A DNA stretch of 64,000 nt from a virus (IMGVR_UViG_3300045988_158256); one strand, 5' to 3'; shown: positions 41,809 to 52,225, numbered from the stretch's first letter. The notes: generated by a model not told the origin, from the sequence alone. Made by a program: numbers and translations.

Positions 41809-42030
41809 ATGCAATCCATTAACTTCCGTACCGCGCGTGGCAACCTTTCTGAAGTGCTCAACAATGTTGAAGCCGGGGAAGAGGTTGAAATCACCCGCAG
41901 AGGCCGTGAGCCAGCAGTAATTGTCAGCAAGGCTACTTTCGAAGCCTACAAAAAAGCGGCGCTGGATGCTGAATTTGCATCCCTGTTTGACACCCTGGAC
42001 TCCACCAACAAGGAACTGGTTAACCGATAA
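41809..42030 (+). CDS. phd: Phd antitoxin
   Basis: 73 aa [32 protein letters not shown]... matches P1 Phd as recalled. Confidence 0.9.
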
Positions 42031-42410
42031 TGAGGCATATATCACCGGAAGAACTTATTGCGCTTCATGATGCGAATATAAGCCGCTACGGCGGCCTGCC
42101 GGGAATGTCAGATCCGGGTAGGGCAGAGGCCATTATCGGGAGAGTTCAGGCCAGAGTTGCCTACGAAGAGATCACCGACCTTTTCGAAGTCTCCGCCACC
42201 TACCTGGTGGCTACGGCGAGAGGGCATATATTCAATGATGCCAATAAGCGTACCGCGCTAAACAGTGCGCTGCTATTTCTACGCCGTAACGGGGTGCAGG
42301 TATTTGATTCACCTGAACTGGCAGACCTTACTGTAGGCGCTGCGACTGGCGAGATATCTGTATCTTCTGTCGCCGACACGTTACGTAGATTGTATGGTTC
42401 TGCGGAGTAG
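42030..42410 (+). CDS. doc: Doc toxin (Fic-family)
   Basis: 126 aa; start overlaps phd stop; Fic-like [11 protein letters not shown] motif. Confidence 0.88.
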
Positions 42411-42414
42411 ATTA

Positions 42415-42594
42415 ATGGCACGCAAATACAACAAATTGTCCCGTGAAGCGTTAAAGATGCTTCTTGATGGCGTGAGTCGCCGCAAGGTAAAGCAATACCT
42501 GGTTGGTAAGCAAATTGGAGTCAGGACCGCTATTGCTGTGTTATGCCGTCAGGAAATGGTTGTGCTTAAACAGAGAATGCCGGGCAGCAGATAA
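42415..42594 (+). CDS. small basic protein downstream of doc
   Basis: 59 aa MARKYNKLSREALK...; GGAG RBS. Confidence 0.45.
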   Translation: MARKYNKLSREALKMLLDGVSRRKVKQYLVGKQIGVRTAIAVLCRQEMVVLKQRMPGSR

Positions 42595-42621
42595 AGCCCA
42601 ATCAGTGATTAAAGGTGTGAT

Positions 42622-43665
42622 GTGAAAGCCGTAATTACTCCCTTTGTACAGAAAGAGCTTGGCCTCGCCACGTTCAAAGTGGATCAGGAGGTCAGAAAGC
42701 TGGTGGAGGCTGGCCGTAAATTTATTATGGAGCCGGTGCCGCGTGAGTTAATCGAGCACATGGAAGACGGCCTCGTTGTTACCGAGCAAACCATGGCAAC
42801 AAATGAGGCGTTGCAGCCGTTTTTTAACAGCGATGAACTGTTTCGCCGTATTGGTGGAATTGACGCGCTGGTGGCGTGGTTGCGTAGGAAAGAGGGTCAA
42901 TGCCAGGCCGCAGATCGTAGTTGGTGTGACAACCATATTGTCCACGCTGAACGAGACAATAGCGCGGTGTTGTTGTGCTGGCATCACGATAACCATTACC
43001 GGATGCGTGGTTTTAATGAGCTGAAAGAAACGCTGCACAATAATCGCGTTAACTGGATACTGGATGTCGCCCGTCAGGAAATGGGCCTTTCAAATAGCCA
43101 TGATTTAAGTATTCAGGAGCTGTGCTGGTGGGCTTTCATGCGCAACATGATGCACCTGATGCCGGAAGAAGTCTGCCGCATATCAATAAATAAGATGAAG
43201 GCTACTCCGCAGGATAGCGGACCTCTGAAAGAGGCGGATATTCGCCCGTATGACGATCGCGCTACAGCATATGTTCAGATGATGGAAGAACGCGCCGCGC
43301 CGATGCGTGCAAAAGTATGCCCTGTGGATGTTGACTCCGACCCAGGTATGGCGCATTTCAAGATACCAAAACTTCAATCGCTAAAATTGCCCGAGTACAT
43401 GGACTTTGTGGCTTCCCGTCCATGCTGTGGCTGTGGAGCTGCGGGAGCTGGCGCTCACATTACGCCTTATATCGTTCGTCATAGTCGATTATGCGCGCAT
43501 GACATTTATGCTATTCCTCTGTGCCAGTCATGCCAGCGTGATATTGAGCGTGACCGCGATAATTGGGAGAAGACGCACGGTAGGCTGGCGATGCATCAAC
43601 GATTGTTCTTTGATTACGCGCTTGGAGTCGGCGCTATCACAAGTCATTCGTCGAGCGTTAGATAA
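42622..43665 (+). CDS. hypothetical Cys-rich protein
   Basis: 347 aa; GTG start after AAAGGTG. Confidence 0.5.
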   Translation: MKAVITPFVQKELGLATFKVDQEVRKLVEAGRKFIMEPVPRELIEHMEDGLVVTEQTMATNEALQPFFNSDELFRRIGGIDALVAWLRRKEGQCQAADRSWCDNHIVHAERDNSAVLLCWHHDNHYRMRGFNELKETLHNNRVNWILDVARQEMGLSNSHDLSIQELCWWAFMRNMMHLMPEEVCRISINKMKATPQDSGPLKEADIRPYDDRATAYVQMMEERAAPMRAKVCPVDVDSDPGMAHFKIPKLQSLKLPEYMDFVASRPCCGCGAAGAGAHITPYIVRHSRLCAHDIYAIPLCQSCQRDIERDRDNWEKTHGRLAMHQRLFFDYALGVGAITSHSSSVR

Positions 43666-43666
43666 A

Positions 43667-43683
43667 ATTGCTCTAATGTATTG
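43667..43683 (+). promoter_or_regulatory. C1 operator-like site
   Basis: ATTGCTCTAATGTATTG, 14/17. Confidence 0.45.
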
Positions 43684-43753
43684 CTATTTATTTAATCGAG
43701 GGTATTATATTCGACGTTGATTAGTTGACATGGGCTAATCAGTAGGTGACAGG

Positions 43754-44206
43754 ATGTTACTTAACTGGCAGGGACGCCACTTCATGGAAATAAATCACTC
43801 ACGAATAACATCGTACGAGATTGCGGATTACATGATCCGCACTAAATCTCTTCTATCAGCGAAAGAACTCGCAGCAATTCTTGAAAAGGAATACCCGCAT
43901 CTGGATGTCGATAAGCGCGATGTTTATCTGCGCTTAAAGGCTATCGCTGTGTCTAAGTATTCGTCTGTTTTGATTGATGACAGTACACGCCCACGTAGAT
44001 TTCAGATCCACTCTCTGAATCCTGAATTCTTTCGCCGCAGCCGCGCTCCGCGCCGGTTTGATGAAAAACTCCAGAACGAACTCTATATGACGCAGGACGA
44101 AAAGGAACGCCGGGAGCACCAGCCTTGGGTGGTGGCGCGTCAACTTTTCAATAAGGTGGTCCGTCAGCACCGTCATTACGGTAATGCCACATCCGCACGT
44201 ATCTGA
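43754..44206 (+). CDS. lpa: late promoter activator-like protein
   Basis: 150 aa, immediately upstream of pacA as recalled for P1 lpa (gene 10). Confidence 0.55.
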   Translation: MLLNWQGRHFMEINHSRITSYEIADYMIRTKSLLSAKELAAILEKEYPHLDVDKRDVYLRLKAIAVSKYSSVLIDDSTRPRRFQIHSLNPEFFRRSRAPRRFDEKLQNELYMTQDEKERREHQPWVVARQLFNKVVRQHRHYGNATSARI

Positions 44207-44292
44207 TTGATTGCTTGCCCGTTCCGGGCCTTTTGACATGTGACTTTCGTTACCCTCGCGTCAAAAAGAGTTTTATACGAAAGGAAGCATAA

Positions 44293-45486
44293 GTGACCTG
44301 GGACGATCACAAGAAGAATTTTGCTCGCCTGGCGCGAGATGGTGGTTACACCATCGCACAATATGCCGCCGAGTTTAATCTCAACCCAAACACCGCACGT
44401 CGTTATCTCCGTGCATTCAAAGAAGACACCGGAACAGCGGACAGCCGTAAGCCAAATAAGCCTGTCAGAAAACCACTAAAAAGCATGATCATTGATCACG
44501 CTAATGATCAACGTGCAGGTGATCACGTTGTGGCTGAAATGGCTGAAAAACAAAGAGTTAATGCTGTTGTCAGTGCCGCAGTCGAGAACGCGAAGCGCCA
44601 GAATAAGCGCATAAATGATCGTTCTGATGATCATGACGTGATCACCCGCGCCCACCGGACCTTACGTGATCGCCTGGAACGCGACACCCTGGATGATGAT
44701 GGTGAACGCTTTGAATTCGAAGCTGGCGATTACCTGATAGATAACGTTGAAGCGCGGAAGGCCGCGCGCGCTATGTTGCGTCGGTCCGGGGCTGATGTTC
44801 TGGAAACCACTCTTCTGGAAAAGTCTCTCTCTCATCTCCTTATGCTGGAGAACGCCAGGGATACGTGTATTCGCCTGGTGCAGGAAATGCGCGATCAGCA
44901 AAAAGACGATGATGAAGGTACTCCGCCTGAATACCGTATCGCGAGCATGCTAAACAGCTGTTCCGCGCAGATAAGCAGCCTGATCAACACCATTTACAGC
45001 ATCCGGAATAACTATCGAAAAGAAAGCCGGGAGGCGGAAAAGCACGCTTTGTCTATGGGGCAAGCTGGCATTGTTAAGCTGGCATACGAACGAAAGCGTG
45101 AAAATAACTGGTCAGTGCTGGAAGCAGCTGAATTCATTGAGGCGCATGGCGGGAAAGTGCCGCCCCTGATGCTGGAGCAAATCAAAGCCGATCTGCGTGC
45201 TCCTAAGACCAATACCGATGATGAGGAAAGGCAAACAGCCGTCGGTGGCCCTTCTCTTGAAGATCTGGACAAAGTTGCGCGAGAACGGGCCGCCAACCGC
45301 CGCGCCGATGCCGCATTGTGGATTGAGCAGCGTAGGGAAGAAATCGCCGATATCGTTGATACAGGCGGTTATGGAGATGTTGATACTGAAGGTGTATCAA
45401 ACGACCCATGGCTGGAACAAGACCTGGACGAAGACGAGGAGGAAGACGAAGAAGTTACCCGCAAGCTATACGGGGATGATGATTAA
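44293..45486 (+). CDS. pacA: terminase small (pac-recognition) subunit PacA
   Basis: 397 aa; contains the hexamer pac site internally. Confidence 0.8.
   Translation: MTWDDHKKNFARLARDGGYTIAQYAAEFNLNPNTARRYLRAFKEDTGTADSRKPNKPVRKPLKSMIIDHANDQRAGDHVVAEMAEKQRVNAVVSAAVENAKRQNKRINDRSDDHDVITRAHRTLRDRLERDTLDDDGERFEFEAGDYLIDNVEARKAARAMLRRSGADVLETTLLEKSLSHLLMLENARDTCIRLVQEMRDQQKDDDEGTPPEYRIASMLNSCSAQISSLINTIYSIRNNYRKESREAEKHALSMGQAGIVKLAYERKRENNWSVLEAAEFIEAHGGKVPPLMLEQIKADLRAPKTNTDDEERQTAVGGPSLEDLDKVARERAANRRADAALWIEQRREEIADIVDTGGYGDVDTEGVSNDPWLEQDLDEDEEEDEEVTRKLYGDDD
44486..44644. promoter_or_regulatory. pac packaging site (TGATCA hexamer clusters with Dam sites)
   Basis: Four TGATCA hexamers at 44486-44525 and three TGATCR at 44616-44644 inside pacA. 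Confidence 0.85.
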
Positions 45487-46970
45487 TGGCCAGAAGTTGC
45501 GTAACGGATCCACGTTGGCGCGAGCTGGTGGCGCTATATCGTTATGACTGGATTGCTGCCGCTGATGTTTTGTTCGGCAAAACACCTACCTGGCAGCAGG
45601 ATCTGATTATTGAGTCTGTGCAGGAACAGGGTAGCAAGACATCTGTTTCGTCTGGTCACGGTACCGGGAAATCAGACATGACTTCTATCATGATCATGTT
45701 GTTCATAATCATGTATCCCGGTGCCCGCGCCATTATCGTTGCGAACAAAATTCAGCAGGTAATGACCGGTATATTCAAGTACATCAAGATAAACTGGGCT
45801 ACTGCCACCAGCCGTTTTCCATGGCTTGCTGATTATTTTGTTCTGACAGAAACCGCTTTCTATGAGGTTACTGGTAAAGGTGTATGGACTGTAGTACCGA
45901 AGGGCTTTCGTCTGGGAAGTGAAGAAGCTCTCGCCGGTGAACACGCAGATCATCTTCTGTATATTATCGATGAAGCCTCCGGTGTCAGTGATAGAGCTTT
46001 CGGTATCATCACCGGTGCTCTTACCGGACAGGATAACCGCATCTTATTGCTGTCACAGCCTACACGCCCAAGCGGCTATTTCTACGATACACACCATAAA
46101 CTGGCCAAGCGTCCTGGTAACCCTGATGGCGTTTATACGGCGATCACGCTTAACAGTGAGGAATCACCGTTGGTAACGCCAGCATTTATCAAAATGAAGC
46201 TGGCGGAGTACGGCGGGCGTGATAACCCTATGTACATGATTAAGGTACGCGGCCTATTCCCTAAATCACAGGATGGCTTCCTTCTTGGACGTGATGAGGT
46301 TGAACGTGCAACGCGGCGGAAAGTCAAGATTGCCAAAGGATGGGGCTGGCTTGCATGTGTGGACGTTGCTGGTGGTACGGGACGGGATAAGTCCGTTATC
46401 AATATCATGATGGTGTCCGGCCAGCGAAATAAACGCCGTGTAATCAACTATCGAATGCTGGAATACACAGACGTTACAGAAACGCAGCTTGCCGCCAAAA
46501 TTTTCGCAGAATGTAATCCTGAGCGATTCCCAAATATCACCATAGCGATAGACGGCGATGGCCTGGGTAAAGCAACGGCGGATCTGATGTACGAGTATTA
46601 TGGTATTACCGTACAGCGTATACGCTGGGGTAAAAAGATGCATAGCCGTGAAGATAAGAGCCTGTACTTTGATAAACGTGCTTATGCCAACGTTCAAGCC
46701 GCAGAGGCCGTAAAATCTGGTCGTATGAGACTGGATAAGGGTAATGAAACTATTGAGGAAGCGTCGAAAATCCCTGTAGGGATTAACTCCGCAGGTCAAT
46801 GGAAGGTGATGAGTAAGGAGGATATGAAGAAAAAACTCAACCTGCACTCACCAGACCATTGGGATACATATTGTTTCGCTATGCTGGCGGATTATGTTCC
46901 CCAGGATGAAGTGCTTAGCGTCGAAGACGAAGCGCAGGTTGATGAAGCTCTGGCATGGCTTAATGAATGA
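45486..46970 (+). CDS. pacB: terminase large subunit PacB
   Basis: 494 aa; ATG overlaps pacA stop. Confidence 0.7.
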   Translation: MARSCVTDPRWRELVALYRYDWIAAADVLFGKTPTWQQDLIIESVQEQGSKTSVSSGHGTGKSDMTSIMIMLFIIMYPGARAIIVANKIQQVMTGIFKYIKINWATATSRFPWLADYFVLTETAFYEVTGKGVWTVVPKGFRLGSEEALAGEHADHLLYIIDEASGVSDRAFGIITGALTGQDNRILLLSQPTRPSGYFYDTHHKLAKRPGNPDGVYTAITLNSEESPLVTPAFIKMKLAEYGGRDNPMYMIKVRGLFPKSQDGFLLGRDEVERATRRKVKIAKGWGWLACVDVAGGTGRDKSVINIMMVSGQRNKRRVINYRMLEYTDVTETQLAAKIFAECNPERFPNITIAIDGDGLGKATADLMYEYYGITVQRIRWGKKMHSREDKSLYFDKRAYANVQAAEAVKSGRMRLDKGNETIEEASKIPVGINSAGQWKVMSKEDMKKKLNLHSPDHWDTYCFAMLADYVPQDEVLSVEDEAQVDEALAWLNE

Positions 46971-46973
46971 ATA

Positions 46974-46990
46974 TTTGCTCTAATAAATTG
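46974..46990 (+). promoter_or_regulatory. C1 operator-like site upstream of the c4-icd-ant module
   Basis: TTTGCTCTAATAAATTG, 15/17. Confidence 0.6.
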
Positions 46991-47122
46991 TGTTTTTTAA
47001 CTACCGATGTTACATTGAGCCTGACCTCTTGCGCCTTGAGGCATTTTCGGTTTATGCTTATCAGGCACCTCATTAAAACGGGTGCCGGGATTGGCCTCCC
47101 GCTTAAGTCTAAGGCGATACAG

Positions 47123-47150
47123 ACGCCGCTCGCGTCTTTTTTTTGTATCG
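47123..47150 (+). terminator. hairpin terminator
   Basis: gacgc-cgct-cgcgtc stem-loop followed by T8. Confidence 0.55.
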
Positions 47151-47173
47151 GCGTACACGCACACCTCTACAAT

Positions 47174-47249
47174 GGTGGGCTGTATGGGGCTACCTTCGGG
47201 TAGGCTGGTTACCTTGGACGCCAGTAAGGCCAACTCCGTACAGTCCACC
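47174..47249 (+). ncRNA. c4-like antisense immunity RNA (candidate)
   Basis: 76-nt structure: 14-bp closing stem ggtgggctgtatgg / ccgtacagtccacc (two G-U), internal UUCG hairpin ctacc-ttcg-ggtag; TACAAT -10-like hexamer just upstream; directly precedes icd. Confidence 0.5.
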
Positions 47250-47309
47250 GCCAGCAAGATTGGTCTCTTCTGCGGTGGTTACATACCAACGTCTAAGGAG
47301 GCTGCCAAT

Positions 47310-47531
47310 ATGGCTACTATCCCTACCCCAACTCATCCTGAATTTATCTGGCGCTTTTACTCCTGCCAAAAACGTCACTATCACTTCGTTATTGCACCGA
47401 CAGAAGATGAGGCCCGCTCTCAGCTTCCTGACGCCCCATGTATTTTCTCTGCCCGTTTTTCCACTGATTCACGCAATTCTCTCAGTTACTGGTGCCTCCC
47501 TGTTAACGCTTCTGCTCAGGAGGGACTATGA
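47310..47531 (+). CDS. icd: Icd-like cell division inhibitor
   Basis: 73 aa; TAAGGAGG RBS; HPEFIWRFYSC...VIAPTEDEARSQL...ARFS pattern typical of Icd-like proteins; stop overlaps ant start (ATGA). Confidence 0.65.
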   Translation: MATIPTPTHPEFIWRFYSCQKRHYHFVIAPTEDEARSQLPDAPCIFSARFSTDSRNSLSYWCLPVNASAQEGL

Positions 47532-48646
47532 GAACGTCATTAGTCACCCGTGAAGAGATGATCGAGGCAATTGAACAGCACACTGCCTGTATCAGTACCA
47601 GGGATATACCAGGCGTTATTGCCAACTACTTCATGATCACCAAACAACTTTACCGGAGAAAGGACAAGAACGCGGTTCACCGTATCCTGTTGTCTGATAT
47701 CCGCGAATACCTGCTCGAACAGGGTCATCTGAATTACGCAACCGCCGCAGCCGAAGCACGCAAGGAGGCACACAGAATGAAAGCAACTAACGTTAAATCA
47801 GAAAAAATTCATGCACCTTCAGTTCAAGAATCGGAGCTGGTGGTTGTTCAGAATCAGTCTGATGAAATTCCCGTTCTGGAATGGCAGGGAGTGCGTGTAG
47901 TGACAACCGAGACTCTTGCTAGAGGGTATGGGACAGAAACAATCCGTATTCGCCAAAATCATCATGAGAACAAAGTACGCTTTGTTGAAGGGAAGCACTT
48001 TTTCAAAGTTGAAGGAGAATCATTGCGCGAGTTGAAGCACAGAGTAGCTTTAAACTACTCTGTAAAAATTGCTCGCAATGTTCGCTCACTCACCCTCTGG
48101 ACAGAACGCGGCGCAGCCCGCCACGCTAAAATGCTCGAAACCGATCAGGCATGGGCATTCTTTGAAAAACTGGAAGACAGCTACTTCCGACAAAAAGAAC
48201 AGCAACCGATCGCAATCCCCCAGACGCTTCCTGAAGCCCTACGCCTGGCTGCCGAACTGGCTGAACAAAAGCAACTTCTGGAACAGAAAGCCCACCAGCT
48301 AAATCAGCAGCTGGTGGCCGCCGCTCCTAAAGTCGATTTTGCCGACCGGGTATCAGTAGCTAAAGGGATCCTGATTGGGAATTTTGCAAAGGTTGTTGGA
48401 CTTAAACAAAACGCGCTGTTTGTCTGGTTACGGGAGAACGGCATCCTGATAGCGTCCGGTGGACGTAAAAATGTGCCGTTCCAGCAGTACATCAACGCGG
48501 GGTATTTCACGGTGAAAGAAGTGGTGCTGGATGATGAAGATGGCTACCAGATACGGTTGACGCCTCAATTAACGGGTAAAGGCCAGCAGTGGTTGACGCG
48601 TAAACTGCTCGATGCTGGCTTGTTAAAACCGGTGGCGGCTGAATAA
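47528..48646 (+). CDS. ant: antirepressor (ORF6N plus KilAC/ANT domains)
   Basis: Central ORF6N-like segment and C-terminal KilAC-like segment; in-frame internal ATG at 47777 with AAGGAGG RBS suggests a shorter Ant2-like form. Confidence 0.7.
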   Translation: MRTSLVTREEMIEAIEQHTACISTRDIPGVIANYFMITKQLYRRKDKNAVHRILLSDIREYLLEQGHLNYATAAAEARKEAHRMKATNVKSEKIHAPSVQESELVVVQNQSDEIPVLEWQGVRVVTTETLARGYGTETIRIRQNHHENKVRFVEGKHFFKVEGESLRELKHRVALNYSVKIARNVRSLTLWTERGAARHAKMLETDQAWAFFEKLEDSYFRQKEQQPIAIPQTLPEALRLAAELAEQKQLLEQKAHQLNQQLVAAAPKVDFADRVSVAKGILIGNFAKVVGLKQNALFVWLRENGILIASGGRKNVPFQQYINAGYFTVKEVVLDDEDGYQIRLTPQLTGKGQQWLTRKLLDAGLLKPVAAE

Positions 48647-48655
48647 TAGAAGAAT

Positions 48656-48673
48656 GCCCGGTTGATGCCGGGC
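48656..48673. terminator. bidirectional terminator between convergent ant and c1
   Basis: gcccgg-ttgatg-ccgggc hairpin flanked by A/T-rich runs. Confidence 0.6.
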
Positions 48674-48678
48674 ATAAT

Positions 48679-49530
48679 TTATTGCGCGCTTTCGGGGTTG
48701 TCGTTTACTGGCTGCCCCTTCTTGGTTTTACGGCTGCGCGTAACTGATGCGGCTGACTTAACCTTTTTCTCTTCGCGAGTGATGGCAATTTGTTTTTTTA
48801 CATTTTCAATATCTGCCAGGCGATATATTTTTGCTTGCGGCCAGCGGTCGCAGATGATCGGTTCTATGGAGTCATAAAGGCTAAATTTTGCTTTTTCGAA
48901 TTCACCGTTGATGATAATTCCATCACGGAGAGTTTCATCGCAGATAAACACGCCACACAGTGGCACATGGTAACTAACTGATTTACCATCATTGTAGTTA
49001 GGGCTACTGGAAATGTAGTGGACGCGCAGCATTGTTTCGCTAAAGCCGTGTACGCGCATACGGAATTTTTCATCCTCCGGGTACTGCTTCATTAGCTCTT
49101 TTGTTGCTTCCAGGTTCTCTATGTATTTCGCACTGTGCTCATTGATCCCCGCGCTTTTTTGGATGCGAATGTCCTTATCAATCAGATGAATAATGCGGCC
49201 AGCGGTCATGTTGACGCTGTTCACAGCTTCTGTCTGATAAGTTGTAACCTTACGCACACCGCGAAGGATGTTAGGCACTGGATATAAAATAGTCTTTGGG
49301 ATATTGAGGTCTGGATACTGTTCCAGTTCCCGCGCCATTAAAGTCCATTTATCAATTTCAGCCTGAATGCTGTCCGTTTCTTTGAACGGCAGAACGACAA
49401 CCGGGCGAACAGGACGACCGTCGCTGGCGGCATCAACGTGTTGGGCGCGTGCAACAGCTTTTTTTAGAAAGAGATCCCTGAAGCTGACGAACTCCTGGTA
49501 CAGTTGTTCGCCGTAGACATAATTTATCAT
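48679..49530 (-). CDS. c1: C1 repressor of lysis
   Basis: 283 aa as for P1 C1; adjacent to coi and loxP-cre; many C1 operator copies in the window. Confidence 0.75.
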   Translation of the reverse strand: MINYVYGEQLYQEFVSFRDLFLKKAVARAQHVDAASDGRPVRPVVVLPFKETDSIQAEIDKWTLMARELEQYPDLNIPKTILYPVPNILRGVRKVTTYQTEAVNSVNMTAGRIIHLIDKDIRIQKSAGINEHSAKYIENLEATKELMKQYPEDEKFRMRVHGFSETMLRVHYISSSPNYNDGKSVSYHVPLCGVFICDETLRDGIIINGEFEKAKFSLYDSIEPIICDRWPQAKIYRLADIENVKKQIAITREEKKVKSAASVTRSRKTKKGQPVNDNPESAQ

Positions 49531-49640
49531 TGATCCTCCTCCAGAATTGACATGGCCAACAACTCACAGCGGATTACACTGGGAGTTGTTGGCCACCATT
49601 ATAGAAGGATCCAACGAAAATAATAGATTTATTAGTGCAT

Positions 49641-49850
49641 TTATTGTGAGTCTGGCTGGTTAGTGGCCATGAGATATTCGATTGTGTCAGTGAGATCATC
49701 CAGGTCGTCTTGGGTGATGCGGTACTCCTGATTGGATATCTTTGAGTAGTGTTCAGCAATGGCGCGGGCAGCGTCGGTTTCGGCGGGGTCTACAGATAAA
49801 GCGTTAGAGCAATGTCTAACGTCGTCGATGGTTGGTGGAATGAAAGCCAT
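49641..49850 (-). CDS. coi: C1 inactivator Coi
   Basis: 69 aa, directly upstream of c1 on the same strand. Confidence 0.65.
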   Translation of the reverse strand: MAFIPPTIDDVRHCSNALSVDPAETDAARAIAEHYSKISNQEYRITQDDLDDLTDTIEYLMATNQPDSQ

Positions 49851-50088
49851 AATTATGCCTCACTGTATTGACAACACAGAGCCTGAAGCTCTGACCTACT
49901 GTTTCACCCATGATCCATGCTGGGGTAATCTAACAACATTGCGCTGTGTGTAAGATGAGCAATGCATAGCTGTAATGCCGTTGTATAAGGTTTCCCTGTT
50001 TGCTCATTTCCTTCTGAGCCGCTCTACAACGCTGAAGACACATTAAATAGTGAATCCAAAGTCGTATTACGAAACGGCGGCAAAACTA

Positions 50089-50105
50089 TAATTTATTAGA
50101 GCAAT
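50089..50105 (-). promoter_or_regulatory. C1 operator (reverse orientation)
   Basis: Reverse complement ATTGCTCTAATAAATTA, 16/17. Confidence 0.7.
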
Positions 50106-50170
50106 TGTCAAACAACTATGAAAAACAATCCAGTTTTTGGCTGGTGGAGTGGGATTTTTCTCTCAAAATT

Positions 50171-50187
50171 TATTGCTCTAATAATTC
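50171..50187 (+). promoter_or_regulatory. C1 operator-like site
   Basis: ATTGCTCTAATAATTCT, 15/17. Confidence 0.6.
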
Positions 50188-50231
50188 TTGATTTTTATGC
50201 GCAGCTGGACGTAAACTCCTCTTCGGACCTA

Positions 50232-50265
50232 ATAACTTCGTATAGCATACATTATACGAAGTTAT
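50232..50265. other. loxP: loxP recombination site
   Basis: Exact 34-bp ATAACTTCGTATA-GCATACAT-TATACGAAGTTAT. Confidence 0.98.
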
Positions 50266-50454
50266 CTTAAGGGTTATTGAACATGATCAATTTACCTGTA
50301 AATCCATACAGTTCAATACCTTATCAGGTTAAATAGTGATCACTTGATCATTTGATCAAGGTTGCGCTACGTAAAATCTGCGAAATGTTGGCAGTGTTAG
50401 TGCTCCAGATTTCGCGTAGCGCACTTAGCACCACCAATCAATCAGAGGTGAAAA

Positions 50455-50676
50455 ATGGGATATTCAGCTGCTAAAGTGTCCACTCATCTTGAGCTTGAGA
50501 AAAACCGTGGTTACTGGCGGGCAAAAGGGTTTGATCGTGATAGTTGCCAACTGTCATTATCGCGCGGTGAAGAGAAAATAGAACGCACGCGCGGTCGCTG
50601 GCGTTTCTATGACGAGAACCATAAACAGGTAAAGGCAGAGCCGATCCTGTACACTTTACTTAAAACCATTATCTGA
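50455..50676 (+). CDS. small ORF between loxP and cre
   Basis: 73 aa; GAGGTG RBS; may be non-coding leader. Confidence 0.3.
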   Translation: MGYSAAKVSTHLELEKNRGYWRAKGFDRDSCQLSLSRGEEKIERTRGRWRFYDENHKQVKAEPILYTLLKTII

Positions 50677-50683
50677 GTGTTAA

Positions 50684-51715
50684 ATGTCCAATTTACTGAC
50701 CGTACACCAAAATTTGCCTGCATTACCGGTCGATGCAATGAGTGATGAGGTTCGCAAGAACCTGATGGACATGTTCAGGGATCGCCAGGCGTTTTCTGAG
50801 CATACCTGGAAAATGCTTCTGTCCGTTTGCCGGTCGTGGGCGGCATGGTGCAAGTTGAATAACCGGAAATGGTTTCCCGCAGAACCTGAAGATGTTCGCG
50901 ATTATCTTCTATATCTTCAGGCGCGCGGTCTGGCAGTAAAAACTATCCAGCAACATTTGGGCCAGCTAAACATGCTTCATCGTCGGTCCGGGCTGCCACG
51001 ACCAAGTGACAGTAATGCTGTTTCACTGGTCATGCGGCGGATTCGAAAAGAAAACGTTGATGCCGGTGAACGTGCAAAACAGGCATTGGCGTTCGAACGC
51101 ACTGATTTCGACCAGGTTCGTTCACTCATGGAAAATAGCGATCGCTGCCAGGATATACGGAATCTGGCGTTTCTGGGGATTGCTTATAACACCCTGTTAC
51201 GTATAGCCGAAATTGCCAGGATCAGGGTTAAAGATATCTCACGTACTGACGGTGGGAGAATGTTAATCCATATTGGCAGAACGAAAACACTGGTTAGCAC
51301 CGCAGGTGTAGAGAAGGCACTTAGCCTGGGGGTAACTAAACTGGTCGAGCGATGGATTTCTGTCTCTGGTGTGGCTGATGATCCGAATAACTACCTGTTT
51401 TGCCGTGTCAGAAAAAATGGTGTTGCCGCGCCATCTGCCACCAGCCAGCTATCAACTCGCGCTCTGGAAGGGATTTTTGAAGCAACTCATCGATTGATTT
51501 ACGGCGCTAAGGATGACTCTGGGCAGAGATACCTGGCCTGGTCTGGACACAGTGCCCGTGTCGGAGCCGCGCGAGATATGGCCCGCGCCGGAGTTTCAAT
51601 ACCGGAGATCATGCAAGCTGGTGGCTGGACCAACGTAAATATTGTCATGAACTACATTCGTAACCTGGATAGTGAAACGGGGGCAATGGTGCGCCTGCTG
51701 GAAGATGGCGATTAG
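50684..51715 (+). CDS. cre: Cre tyrosine recombinase
   Basis: 343 aa MSNLLTVHQNLPALPVDA...; essentially the P1 Cre sequence as recalled; loxP 420 bp upstream. Confidence 0.97.
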   Translation: MSNLLTVHQNLPALPVDAMSDEVRKNLMDMFRDRQAFSEHTWKMLLSVCRSWAAWCKLNNRKWFPAEPEDVRDYLLYLQARGLAVKTIQQHLGQLNMLHRRSGLPRPSDSNAVSLVMRRIRKENVDAGERAKQALAFERTDFDQVRSLMENSDRCQDIRNLAFLGIAYNTLLRIAEIARIRVKDISRTDGGRMLIHIGRTKTLVSTAGVEKALSLGVTKLVERWISVSGVADDPNNYLFCRVRKNGVAAPSATSQLSTRALEGIFEATHRLIYGAKDDSGQRYLAWSGHSARVGAARDMARAGVSIPEIMQAGGWTNVNIVMNYIRNLDSETGAMVRLLEDGD

Positions 51716-51732
51716 CCGTTTATTTGCAACTG

Positions 51733-51749
51733 ATTGCTCTAATTATTTG
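51733..51749 (+). promoter_or_regulatory. C1 operator-like site
   Basis: ATTGCTCTAATTATTTG, 15/17. Confidence 0.6.
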
Positions 51750-51765
51750 ATATTTATGGTGACAC

Positions 51766-52077
51766 ATGCGGAAGGATTTCAAAATAGACGGAAAATATGT
51801 GGTGCTGTCTGTAAGCTCTCAAATTCAGTCACCATCTGTCATTGTCACCGTAAAGTTGAGCGATAGGATGCCTGATATCGACTCGATATCTGTTGCGTTC
51901 CCCGTTAAAAGCATGCGGAGTGCTGAACATTTTGTGATGAATGCAACGGAGGAGGAAGCGCGGCGCGGGCTTACTAGAGTGATGGTGGAATTTGGCGAAC
52001 TCCTGGGTAAGGTAAACAATGCCCTTTCAATCAGTTCAGCAAGATCCAAAGCGTTAACAGCTTCCATGATGAAATAA
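51766..52077 (+). CDS. small protein downstream of cre (cra position)
   Basis: 103-aa ORF followed by hairpin terminator gcctggc-aagga-gccaggc. Confidence 0.45.
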   Translation: MRKDFKIDGKYVVLSVSSQIQSPSVIVTVKLSDRMPDIDSISVAFPVKSMRSAEHFVMNATEEEARRGLTRVMVEFGELLGKVNNALSISSARSKALTASMMK

Positions 52078-52208
52078 AAAAAGCCTGGCAAGGAGCCAGG
52101 CTGCACAAAAGAGCGGGTTTGTATTCCGCATCCAATCAATCAAGAAGGAGTATAGCACACAGGTACTGAAGTGAAAAAATGTGATTCGCGATTAACAAAA
52201 TATCCACC

Positions 52209-52225
52209 ATTGCTCTAATTGATCG
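52209..52225 (+). promoter_or_regulatory. C1 operator-like site upstream of ref
   Basis: ATTGCTCTAATTGATCG, 13/17. Confidence 0.45.
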
